The position numbers and the translations under genes were made by a program. The notes below the pieces were generated by a model, which made no database searches, was not told the DNA's origin, and saw only the letters and a program-made list of their open reading frames with translations. This document shows positions 42,601 through 51,159 of a stretch of 64,000 nt of DNA, in pieces. Source of the DNA: a virus. The first letter of the stretch is position 1, and each line of letters begins with the position of its first letter. The stretch lies in the IMG/VR virus record IMGVR_UViG_3300017917_004222, positions 1 to 64,000 of that record; one strand, 5' to 3'.

Positions 42601-45600
42601 GTTGTTGCCAGACACTGTGAAGCTGTTGTCACGATTTAGTGTGGTATCAGCTTGGTTTACCAAGAACACGCCGTTGACGCTAACTGCCACAGGGGCAATT
42701 GGTGCCGAACCATCAACAGTGAATGTGGTTGAACTGGGATCTTGTCCGTAAATGAATTTCTGAACGTTGCGAGTGAACACATATGCTTTTCCAGCCTGTG
42801 TTTTGCCATCAACTGTTTGATTGCTGCATCCAACAATTATTTGACGGCCGTCTGACGTGCAATTTACACTGTGACCAAATCTAGATCCAGCGGGTAGCCC
42901 TGCTGGAGCAATACCTCCAGACATCAGTCTAAAATAGCTGTTGGCTCGCACCACAATTGCTGCACCCGCAGGCGGCACGTTGGAGAACGATATAGTAGCT
43001 GGGAACAGGATTGTGTCAGTGAAACCATAGTCGGTTCCTGCTCGCTGAATCACACCGTTTACATATACCGAGAACGAGTACAAGTTGTTGACTGTGAAGA
43101 AGTACGGAGCTATTAAAAATTCATGCGCCAACGCAGGCGGGGTGTAGCTGGTGACTGCAATGGACAAGATACCACCAGATGTGTCAACTGTGCTCACTGT
43201 GATCAAGAGATTGCTGGGGGATCCTGGGCCGTTACCGCCAAAGTCGTCTTTGTCGATGGTCAACACATCGCCCGCTGTGTACCCTGTACCAGGTGCAGAC
43301 ATACTGACACTACCAGCAGTGGCGCCGGGTTGGCCTACCTGGCCTCGCTGACGCACCACAGTGAACTCAGCATTGCTGCCGGTACCACCTGTTGCAGTAA
43401 CATTGCGATACACACCGTAATCCAACTGCTTGCTGGACACACGAGATATAATCACAGTAGATCCTGCTGCTGGCGGGGTATTGAATTGCACCGACGCAAA
43501 GTCGCCTGCCACAGTGTAGTCTGTGGGATTCTCCAACAGAGTAGTGTCCACGACCACAGTGAGTTGCTCATCGTCGTCAATTTGTATGGTGTCTGCGATG
43601 GCTACAGTTGTTTCGGTTCCAGTGGCAGTGAATCGAATCACTTGATCTTCCCAGTCCACACGGCCATATGCTACCAAACGGTTGTTGCCAGGTTGGCCCA
43701 CGTACAGCCACTTTTCATCCTGACTCATGGCAACCGAGTATCCAAATTCTACCGGAGGCAGTGCCCCAGCTGACACAGTGGGAGTAGAAAGCACTTGCCA
43801 GAATTGATATGGGTTAGACCCAGGTGCGCTGGCAGAAAAATCCTGGTGAATTATGGTAACCGCGCCCACGTTGGCTTCGCCTGCAGGACCAAGACTGCGA
43901 CTTGCGCCTGCTGCGGCCCAGTCTCTGAACCCTGCAGTTACCGAATTACCCAGCCCCAACACATTTGATGTGTTTAGAGTCATGACAATGTCAGTGGAGT
44001 CGCTGGCAGTTACTGGAGTGTATTGCGTTTCATTGCCCTTGAGGTACACATACACTGCACCACGCTGTGTACCAGTTCCGGCATCATAGCGCGGACTACC
44101 CACAAACAATGAATTTTTGTTCAAGGTTTGTGCAACGCTGGCGCCAAACTGTTCAGTTTCGTCCAACAACTTTGGACGCAACAGGTACTGAGGATCACGG
44201 AACACAAACGGATCTTGTTTCTCCAGCACTTGCCACAGACCAGCACCGTTGTTGTCCACCCAAACTCGGGTACCCGAAGCAATTCGTGATGCAAATGGCA
44301 GGTCAATGATGTCGCTGGCTTGCACCACACGCTGAGATTGCAGGGTGAATCCAAGCCCATTGCCGTTGATCACAGTCTGTCCGCCTGGTGGCAGCGCCAA
44401 TGCAATAGACAATTCAGTTGGCGAAGACACTGACAACACAGTGTACACTCCGTCCACCTGGCTGTCAAAGAATCGAATGATCAAGGGATCATTGGCTTTG
44501 AGGTTGTGCTGATCACTAAACACCACACGGCAAGTGAGGTTCAAGTTGTCGCAAATGTGTGTGATGCGACCTGGCACAGTTTGCACACGATACACATTCC
44601 AGTCATAACTGTTGACCTTGGCCACCCAGACTGATGCACCTGCAGTGACTTCGTCAATGTTGGCTCGCAAGTTGTCAAGATCGTCAATGCTGAACACTGT
44701 GATATCCACATCGTCGATGTTGACGTAACCAGCAGTGGGCAATGCAATATCAGTAGGCAGAGTGTAGGTTGTGGGCAGAATATCCGGCGAGGTCAGTTTG
44801 AAACTGCTTTTCCACACATCGCTCAACACCACTGTTTGATCAGCTTGGCTGGGTTGATCAGGATTGATTACTTGAACCAGGCATGGGTTGCTGTTGAGCA
44901 GGCTCTTGTTGAGTCTCAAGTCAAAATAGCTGCGGTTGGCGTTGGCGCCGTAAGTGGCACGCAAAATCGCCCAGTTTTCATACACTGTGTAGTCGGCAAC
45001 TTCTTTGCCAAAGTCGCCTGGCGACAGCAACTGCAGGCTGCCCAGAGTACCTTTGGTGGAAGTGAACTGCTTGTAGATGTTGACCTGGCTCACATCGTCA
45101 AGATTCAACGCTGCAAAATATGTGCGTGGGCGGAATCCAATCAAGCCATAACTGAGCAGATCGTTATCTACTTCAAGGTTGGCCACGTTGACATTGTAGC
45201 TGTTGGACAACTGATCTGCCTTGTTGGCAATGTTGGGCAGCAGGCCGCGCTCGACCATGGTGTAATCACTTTGTGCCCAGTCAGAGTAGTTGAATGTGGT
45301 GCCCGGCTGCACAATGTTCAGTGCGCTCCAGTACACGTTCTTGTACTTGACCAGCTCACCCTTGGTGTACTTTTTGGTGGGTTCCCACTCGGCAACAGTG
45401 TCCTGATTCAGGATAAAGCCCTGTGCATCCACAGTGCCGTTCCATTCCGATGACACGTTTCCAATCAACAACAGTCGGCTCTGGCGAGCGCCGGTCACAG
45501 GATCCAGCACAAGATCGCCAAACGCACTGGTGTTGTTGAACACCAGGATATGCTCATAACTGGTGTAACGCAGATCAGCAAAGCTCAGGGCCTGACCGTT

Positions 45601-48600
45601 GAGCGGCTGCAGAGTCAGTGTGTTGTCAATACGCACAATGTTGATGTCACGTACTGCAAACTCGTTTTTGTTTTGGTCAGTCAACAACTTTTGCTGAGTC
45701 TGAGTGCTGATCTTGTCAGCAACAGCTTGTTCTTTTGTGATTGTGAGTCCGTTGGCCAAGGGGTTGAGGTTGATCAATCCGCCCACGCCCCAGGCCTGTG
45801 CACTCCAATACAAGAACTCGTCCACCATTTGTGGCCAATCCAGCACGTAGCCGTTTTCGTAACCCTTGAATTCAAATCCCAGAGAGTCAAGGTACTTGCC
45901 ATAACTGAGCAAGAAGTCGGCCACTTGTTCGGTTGTGGCAAAGGTTTGTCCGTAGGGCACCTGTACCACTGTGTCGGTATAAGATGCCGGCACGCGCACG
46001 CTTGCGCCACCAGACAAGAAGGTCCTAAACACACCCACTGGAATACTCTGGAATGTGTTGAAGAATGGCTGTGTGCTGCTGTAGCCAAACACGCTGTAAC
46101 CGTTGGTTTCTTTACGAACGATCACGCTGCTGTAAACACTGCGATCAAACGGTTGGTTCTTGTAAACAAACAACTCGTAGGTGTCATCGGGCAACAACAA
46201 GCTGGTGTTGGTAGTGGTTGGACTTGACTTCTCGGTGTAGATCTTGAGGTACTGCTTGTCACTGAAGGCGCCCAGGCGATAGCACAGTCGCACATCGAGG
46301 TTCTGTAGATCTGCTGTGAGGTTGGCGGTGCTGTTCACACCCAGCACTCGGTTGTAATCCACAATCCAGTCAATGTAGCTGGCCTTGCTGACGCCATCGC
46401 CGTAGACTTCAATGCCGCCGGCATCCAGGCGATAGCGACCGTTGTACAAGAACTGATCAAACTCGGTGTTGAAGCGATACAAGTCGCGGTCTGCAAACAG
46501 TGCAAAGAACTTGGCTGGACGAGTCAACGCCAACAGTCGCATGACTGCAAACGGATAGTCACTGGAATTCCACCAGGATGCTTCAACTGGGCCGCCGTCG
46601 CCCACTGCCCAGTTTTGTCGGAATTGTCCGTTGGCATACGAACCCATGACTGACTGGAATGGCGGCAGCAACTCGCCGCTGGAGTCCACTGGGATCACAC
46701 GCAACAGGCTTGGTCTTGCATATTCAGGGCGAACTTGAATGTTGCCAGGTTCGCGCACGATACCTGCAGCAAGGTCTTCCCACAACACCAGGTTGTCGGC
46801 AGTGTAAGGTGCAGGACCATATGTGATTTCCCACCAGGTGGGCTTTTGAGTCAGTCCCAACATTTCCCACGGGGTTGATTGTGGTTGTTCAGTGTCGTAG
46901 AACCAACGGTTCACACTGCGCCATGCACCAGGAAGATTCTGATTGGAAATCTTGCTCTGGGCACTGCTGTAGTTGTAGGAGAACTGGTTGGCAGCATTGT
47001 ATTGCTGTGCGTTGTAATCCAGCTTGTTCCAGCTCACGTAGGACAAGAAGCTTTGGCCAAGAATGCCCATGACCGTTTGATAGCTGTATCCAGTGTTTCT
47101 GAATTCACCCGGGATCACATCCGCGGCAGTGAGTGGCACAGGGTTTCCATCCAGCTTGAGGTTGTTGAAGATTCGTGTTTCAAAGTTCAACAACACTTGA
47201 TCTCGCACATCACCAAAGATTGGTGTGATGCTGCCATCGTGTCCGCGGATCACCTGCTGAGTTCCATTAGTGGCTTGAACTGTGATGATTTCGGGTATCC
47301 AGCTTGGGTACAGACCCAGCTTGGTGGGTGTGTTTGGAACAAAGTTGCCGTATGTGGTGGCGTATTCTTGAATCAACAAAACATCGCCCAACACAAGATC
47401 AACAAGAACTGTGATGCGTGGACCATCTGTAGCCACAGTGTAATCACGCCCACGTGTGAGCAGCTGGTTGTTCAAGTACACGTTCATGCCCAGGAAGTTG
47501 GCGCTGGTGTAATTGTAGACCTGCAGGGTGTCAAATACTGATGTAGTGGTGTTACCAATCACATAAGTGGTATTGGTGACATCGCTACCTGCCGGGATCA
47601 TGTCACTCCAGTAGAATGGACTCTGTTGAATCTTGCCATGAATAACTTCGGCCATGGCCATGTCAAGAATCTGACCTGGGGTTTCAAAGTTGATGGTGAG
47701 TTTGGTCACGGCATTCAACAGTTGATTCTTGAACTTGACGTACTCTTGGCTGGCAAACTGTAGCGAATCAAAAATGTTGTACTTTTCACTACGCAGGAAG
47801 TATCCAGCCAGGGTCAGTGGCGCGCTCTGCTGCAGAATAGTTTGGCCGTAGGGCACAATGTTGCCTAGATCGCGAGTGTTGTTGGCACCGTTGATCACAC
47901 CTGAAAACGCATTCAAGTTTTGGCAGATGCTTTGGTAGTGAGTACGAATGGTGCCCAGGGTAAAGCTGCTGCTGTTGATGTTGAACGGGTTGTTTTCGAG
48001 GTTGGCAGGCACCTGATAAAAACCAGTCTTGCTGACCTGTTGACTGATCACCTCAACAATGATCGACGACTCCAGTGCAGGCTCAGTCACGAATGTGATT
48101 TGTGTGGTGTCGGCACCAATGTCCACGCGGAAGGTACTGGGGTCTTGATACACATTCTCAACAAATACCTTGACTGATGGCAGCACTGTTTCACGAGAAG
48201 CTGCCACGTCCAGTACCAGCGGACGTCCTTGATACACAAACTCCAGCTGTTGCGGCGACGCGCTGTCAGCTGCGGCTGTTTGCCAGCCCAGCAACGAAAC
48301 ATAGTTGGTTCGATCGCTGTATTCGCGTGGTGTGCCCACGCTGATGTTCTCGTCAACACTGCCTGCAGAGGTATTGTACAAGAAAGTGCTGGTGTAAAGG
48401 TCATTGTTGAACACAATGTCGCCAATGCTGCCCAGGGCACTGTATTCCAGCTGAAGTCCCAACACACTGTCAACAGCACCCGAACCCACAGCATAGCCAA
48501 ACAGTCGAGACCCAGCAAATGTGGAACTTGGATATTTGACTCGATTGGACAGGCTGATGCCAGCAGAATCGTACACATCAAACAGTGGAGCCTGCTGTAC

Positions 48601-51159
48601 CGAAGTTTTTTGTTGTGCCAGCTGCCATGTAGCGCCGTCGAACCAGTAGGTCAGTCCGGCTTGCTCGCCGCCAAGACACAGAGCACAGTTGTCAATTTCC
48701 GTCACACCGTCAGATTCCAGTGTGAGCACAATCACCGGCTGCGAAATCAACGGTGCAACCGAATCCGGAGACACAAATTGCACACGATAGATATTGTTGC
48801 GCACCTGGCTATCGCCATCGTTGGCAAAAATGATTCTGCTGCCTTCCACCAACGAGTATCCAGCCACGCTGTACGAAGTAGATCCTTCCACATTGCTGAA
48901 GGCATCAGTTTGCGTGAAATCAATAATGTCAACTGGCTGCTTGGCCTGAGTGCCCATGTTGAACAATCTAATGCCTGGGCGGAACTGCAAAATTGGACGC
49001 TTGGCGCGCTGATTGTTGTCTAGTACCATGTCTGAATTATTGTATTCAGCTGTGGCTTTGATCACGTCAATGTGGAACCAACGGTTGCTGCGACTCCATG
49101 CGTTTTGACTTTTTGCCGAGCGGTCAATGGTCAAGTAATCCTGCTGGGTGGGTTCGCCGCCTGCAGAAGAATCCTCTCCAGGGACCACATAGCTTTCGGG
49201 TGTGATAAAGTTGCTGACTGGCAGCAATTCAATGGCCGAGCCCACGCCGCTCACAAAGTATTCAAGGTTGAGACCAGCTGTGGCAACCATTTCACCAAGA
49301 GCACTTTCCAACTCAAACACTGCGCCGTCAGGCAGCAAGCTGATTGAGAATTGGGTGTTGCTGACCACTTGCTTGACATAGTACACTGCATTGGCAGTGA
49401 TGCCACCAAACACGTCGCCGCTGAATACCACTTGCTTTCCGGGGAATAGATTTTCAGTGCTAAGGCATGTGATCAAGTTGATGGTGCTGGTGGTCTCGGT
49501 ACAGGTAACCACTGTTTCTTGGCTGCTGAATGTGTTAGGCACAGTTTCAGCATCAAACCGAACCTTGAGACCGTTGGTGAACACCACGCCGTTGGGCGAT
49601 GTGTAGTTTTCGCTGCCAACAATTTCACTGATGAAGATCTTGCTTTGATCCTGAGGTTCAACCAAGCGGATGATACCGTAGAATCCTGGATTTTCACTGT
49701 CTTGGTAGTACAGGGTATCTTGCACTGCAGTCAACAACGGGATCTGACTGAACACACCCGAATTCAATTTGTACCACTGAGTATTGGCATAGGTTTCGCC
49801 AAACAGGATATCAAACTTCTGCTGAAGGCCAACAGTTGCCACGTTAGACAATTGCAGAACAACATTGCTACCAACGATTTGGTAGTTGATGCGCCACACT
49901 TGATAACGCAAGGACAACGGCACTGATCCCCAGCCACCGGTGCTGGTGAATACCACGGTGCGGCCTTGCAGGTTGGTGATACCGTCAATACCACCATATG
50001 TGGCGTTGAAAGTGTCTAGATCAGCACCATTGATTTGATCGTAGTTCAGTGTGGTCAACAGGTCCACAGAACCAAAGTAATCAAGATCATAGAAGAACTG
50101 CTGTGCAGTTTTGCTGGGTGCGTTGAATGTCACAGTACCGTAATCGATACCATTGTTGGTCACACCAAATACCTGTCGAACACCAATATTGGGTGTGGCT
50201 GGATCTTGGCCCGACACGCTGGGCTTGGTTTGAATCCAGAACTTGGGTCCGGTGTTGACTGCTGGATCAACGATGTTGAGTTGACCACGCATGGTAAACT
50301 GATTGCCAGCCTGGTAGTACAAGGTGTTGGGTGCATCAGTTGGCACCACAAATGTCACAACACCATCAACAGATCCGTTGTTTGAAACTCCGCTGGTGTA
50401 TTGATCACCAACACCCAAGGTGTACGCAGTCTTGATGTAGAATGGGAAGTCACCTTCGCAGTCGATGGTGAATGTGTAGCTGCTGCCGCGCACCAGTGTG
50501 AGTGTGGGGTTCTGTTGCTGCTGAATCAAGTATGCAACTGTGCCAGCATTGCTGACCACAAAGCTCTGATTCTGGCTAGGAGCTTGATTGATGTTGAAAC
50601 GATATGAACCGCCACGCACCAGGTTGATTGTGGGGTTGGTGCCAACCACGCCATCAAATTGATAACCAGTGGCAGCACGATTCACAGTGTATGTGGTGTC
50701 AAGGCTGAGCGAACCTGCTGTGACATCCACCACTTCGGGCCCGCTGGGCAGCCAGTAATACTGACTGTAATTCACAAAAGAATCGTAGTCAACAAACGGA
50801 TCAAATGTGTAATACTGACTGCTGTAGAGTTCAGATTGCTTGGCGACATCGGCACCGTTGGACGACAAAGCGTCAACCATGCCCGGGTATGTGATCACGT
50901 CACGCACTGTGCGTGATCCGGGATCCAGGCTTACAACACCAGGCTCCAGTTGATAGTTGCTGCGAACATCACTGGATTCTTGTACATAACGATCCCCGGG
51001 TGTGACTCCAGGTCCCAATTTACGTCCAATATAGCCCTGAGTACGACGAAACTTGGGCTCTTGAATCAGCTGATCAAGAGTTGCTGCCAAGAATTGCTTG
51101 TTGGCATCAGTTTGGAAGATTTCAGGTAGAAAGTTTACAGATCTTACTCGGGACATCAA
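36631..51159 (-). CDS. giant virion structural protein (4842 aa; baseplate wedge/fibre-like)
   Basis: uninterrupted ORF after gp6-like gene; FG-GAP-like, GSGY, cupredoxin-like and CBM-like modules. Confidence 0.85.
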   Translation of the reverse strand: MMSRVRSVNFLPEIFQTDANKQFLAATLDQLIQEPKFRRTQGYIGRKLGPGVTPGDRYVQESSDVRSNYQLEPGVVSLDPGSRTVRDVITYPGMVDALSSNGADVAKQSELYSSQYYTFDPFVDYDSFVNYSQYYWLPSGPEVVDVTAGSLSLDTTYTVNRAATGYQFDGVVGTNPTINLVRGGSYRFNINQAPSQNQSFVVSNAGTVAYLIQQQQNPTLTLVRGSSYTFTIDCEGDFPFYIKTAYTLGVGDQYTSGVSNNGSVDGVVTFVVPTDAPNTLYYQAGNQFTMRGQLNIVDPAVNTGPKFWIQTKPSVSGQDPATPNIGVRQVFGVTNNGIDYGTVTFNAPSKTAQQFFYDLDYFGSVDLLTTLNYDQINGADLDTFNATYGGIDGITNLQGRTVVFTSTGGWGSVPLSLRYQVWRINYQIVGSNVVLQLSNVATVGLQQKFDILFGETYANTQWYKLNSGVFSQIPLLTAVQDTLYYQDSENPGFYGIIRLVEPQDQSKIFISEIVGSENYTSPNGVVFTNGLKVRFDAETVPNTFSSQETVVTCTETTSTINLITCLSTENLFPGKQVVFSGDVFGGITANAVYYVKQVVSNTQFSISLLPDGAVFELESALGEMVATAGLNLEYFVSGVGSAIELLPVSNFITPESYVVPGEDSSAGGEPTQQDYLTIDRSAKSQNAWSRSNRWFHIDVIKATAEYNNSDMVLDNNQRAKRPILQFRPGIRLFNMGTQAKQPVDIIDFTQTDAFSNVEGSTSYSVAGYSLVEGSRIIFANDGDSQVRNNIYRVQFVSPDSVAPLISQPVIVLTLESDGVTEIDNCALCLGGEQAGLTYWFDGATWQLAQQKTSVQQAPLFDVYDSAGISLSNRVKYPSSTFAGSRLFGYAVGSGAVDSVLGLQLEYSALGSIGDIVFNNDLYTSTFLYNTSAGSVDENISVGTPREYSDRTNYVSLLGWQTAAADSASPQQLEFVYQGRPLVLDVAASRETVLPSVKVFVENVYQDPSTFRVDIGADTTQITFVTEPALESSIIVEVISQQVSKTGFYQVPANLENNPFNINSSSFTLGTIRTHYQSICQNLNAFSGVINGANNTRDLGNIVPYGQTILQQSAPLTLAGYFLRSEKYNIFDSLQFASQEYVKFKNQLLNAVTKLTINFETPGQILDMAMAEVIHGKIQQSPFYWSDMIPAGSDVTNTTYVIGNTTTSVFDTLQVYNYTSANFLGMNVYLNNQLLTRGRDYTVATDGPRITVLVDLVLGDVLLIQEYATTYGNFVPNTPTKLGLYPSWIPEIITVQATNGTQQVIRGHDGSITPIFGDVRDQVLLNFETRIFNNLKLDGNPVPLTAADVIPGEFRNTGYSYQTVMGILGQSFLSYVSWNKLDYNAQQYNAANQFSYNYSSAQSKISNQNLPGAWRSVNRWFYDTEQPQSTPWEMLGLTQKPTWWEITYGPAPYTADNLVLWEDLAAGIVREPGNIQVRPEYARPSLLRVIPVDSSGELLPPFQSVMGSYANGQFRQNWAVGDGGPVEASWWNSSDYPFAVMRLLALTRPAKFFALFADRDLYRFNTEFDQFLYNGRYRLDAGGIEVYGDGVSKASYIDWIVDYNRVLGVNSTANLTADLQNLDVRLCYRLGAFSDKQYLKIYTEKSSPTTTNTSLLLPDDTYELFVYKNQPFDRSVYSSVIVRKETNGYSVFGYSSTQPFFNTFQSIPVGVFRTFLSGGASVRVPASYTDTVVQVPYGQTFATTEQVADFLLSYGKYLDSLGFEFKGYENGYVLDWPQMVDEFLYWSAQAWGVGGLINLNPLANGLTITKEQAVADKISTQTQQKLLTDQNKNEFAVRDINIVRIDNTLTLQPLNGQALSFADLRYTSYEHILVFNNTSAFGDLVLDPVTGARQSRLLLIGNVSSEWNGTVDAQGFILNQDTVAEWEPTKKYTKGELVKYKNVYWSALNIVQPGTTFNYSDWAQSDYTMVERGLLPNIANKADQLSNSYNVNVANLEVDNDLLSYGLIGFRPRTYFAALNLDDVSQVNIYKQFTSTKGTLGSLQLLSPGDFGKEVADYTVYENWAILRATYGANANRSYFDLRLNKSLLNSNPCLVQVINPDQPSQADQTVVLSDVWKSSFKLTSPDILPTTYTLPTDIALPTAGYVNIDDVDITVFSIDDLDNLRANIDEVTAGASVWVAKVNSYDWNVYRVQTVPGRITHICDNLNLTCRVVFSDQHNLKANDPLIIRFFDSQVDGVYTVLSVSSPTELSIALALPPGGQTVINGNGLGFTLQSQRVVQASDIIDLPFASRIASGTRVWVDNNGAGLWQVLEKQDPFVFRDPQYLLRPKLLDETEQFGASVAQTLNKNSLFVGSPRYDAGTGTQRGAVYVYLKGNETQYTPVTASDSTDIVMTLNTSNVLGLGNSVTAGFRDWAAAGASRSLGPAGEANVGAVTIIHQDFSASAPGSNPYQFWQVLSTPTVSAGALPPVEFGYSVAMSQDEKWLYVGQPGNNRLVAYGRVDWEDQVIRFTATGTETTVAIADTIQIDDDEQLTVVVDTTLLENPTDYTVAGDFASVQFNTPPAAGSTVIISRVSSKQLDYGVYRNVTATGGTGSNAEFTVVRQRGQVGQPGATAGSVSMSAPGTGYTAGDVLTIDKDDFGGNGPGSPSNLLITVSTVDTSGGILSIAVTSYTPPALAHEFLIAPYFFTVNNLYSFSVYVNGVIQRAGTDYGFTDTILFPATISFSNVPPAGAAIVVRANSYFRLMSGGIAPAGLPAGSRFGHSVNCTSDGRQIIVGCSNQTVDGKTQAGKAYVFTRNVQKFIYGQDPSSTTFTVDGSAPIAPVAVSVNGVFLVNQADTTLNRDNSFTVSGNNITIYADLEIGDVIEIETNRFALMQELVQQTVDSSGTVVNNSTEMTNFGQSVEIVAAGSSVFIGAPQNSQQAFKGGAVQWMVNQPQVFGTITSKNTNPVLTAGHTIRVNEQEIAVPLAATVASLAAAISAQVPNVTASASADGRLTISVVNLESVPPRNKLRVQPGSVGTAWAALGFEVFVYAQTIFSPRAVDYAAFGHSLSIENTGSTLVVGAPNGSLYLPVTFDFDATLQVPATTFDGGGTEFYSLEVQSGAVYTYDFLADADASKITSVGNYVFGQQIGNNKVLPYDQFGIAVNYTSGLLAVGAPGNDAGDSAAAYGSAFLFDNETQRPAWAVIHQQQPVIDIRLLNSVFMYDRVTGANTEYFDFFDPLQGKVLGAAQENIDFVGAVDPAGYNVGPVNNIGQPWGQTQVGQIWWDISTVRFLDPNQDDIVYASRRWGQIFPGSSVDVYQWISSSVPPANYTGPGTVLSTVSYSIGTRLTQEGIFETTYYFWVRGITTIDTSQGKTLSAAAVAQYIANPRSSGVSYVAPINSSTIAIYNGLRFIEAQDTVISIEFDQQLTDANVHTEYELIAQGRADAFLSSSLYRKLLDSFCGVDTSGNLVPDPNLPISQRYGVQFRPRQSMFADRFLALKNYITRVNRVLAQFPVSETRNFSLLNSSDPKPTASSGEWDFEVANLEVLSYQNIYAVPMGYKYLVSTDADNNGRWTIYTVSPTQVNPALRELRLTKVQNYVTSDYWSYINWYQVGYNPSSQLAAEVPLYANLSSLSLSQAPVGSSVKVTSNSQGKWEIYIRSATGWDRVALQDGTIAISAVLYDYSIGRFGFDADVFDSQYFDQDPVVETRKILQAINQELFVEELQIERNRSLTSMFDFILSQFRAPDWLVKTSLIDVDHRIRELLPFPNYVQDNQEFVTDYIQEVKPYHVQVREFNLTYNGLDQFAGDMSDFDLPAYWNRTLPVPQFTSPVLLPYTASTASPGTSPSSAAASDTIWTQWPWSQWFENYTLHVDSVRVTNGGSGYTSAPTVTVTGDAVEPALLQAAINSSGQVIAISVVNPGSGYVTTPVITITGGNGQGATAYPVMLNPVVRSIKTVIKFDRYEYQSQIQEWQPNVTYENGTLVRYNNSVWRAENTDGSTAVEGPTFDLDNWVPVPATELSGVDRTMGYYNPTADQPGLDLPLLINGTDYPGVQVFGPDFMDTTPIDAVYASSFADQYLGTRPTDINVAGGEFVGPYEGHAPEELVNGSEYDTLDFRVYTRPGSDWTSNGHGFAIQTARYFFDTAEPTYSWGDVDLAAPVVLLVYNATTGLDLALDVDYTIDYENKTVTVLNATNGDVINIQIYSLGGGSELFRQNYLGADLFTETVVIPVNAAEIQELAVIVNGLAQSGATWSAYYPSTPWSDTVSWLRLDVVKNGNDYYRANADVPIGIDITDTNYWDNFVPTTQTLIEFNSTFNPSDGVFVAALGTTSPVQYSWSAPQVQSVVIDAATAVSKTIQLTNYVGGTNPANMVVTVNGRRLRPYECIEWFGDDSTVRFGLPQRGGFSQQIIDSATDVLVWVDGVLQVQSIGPVSGQYVVTNWDGSNVPGRQVEFITAPPAGATVLISVSTQADYYVSGEFLNINTILSVNDRVEITTWNDTAQQDIATLVFRGPVTETVGVEQGYDTTLFDEGSVTGDPGSFSYQVGVVTTSNNFFLNRTVSPNRLWVTLDGYRLSEGIDFTIDGQYLILSSGTISIAQTLAVTEFTENVVPEAIAFRIFQDMRGVQATYRITSATSTVVARPVSSADTVIFVDNAAALTEPDLVAGIFGVVTIDGERIMYRDRNIVNNTIGGLMRGTAGTAAADHSVGAVVTDINQGNLLAPEYQDYVVRNTALGDGVNTVFVASDISTATFGGTFSQFARSLEVYVGGVRQYAQDDTSAVSQYRYNVTSGTPATVEFVVDSGASPELAAPPAGVEVTILQRRGVTWYAPGISTPSNGVALQETNTAPARFLRGL

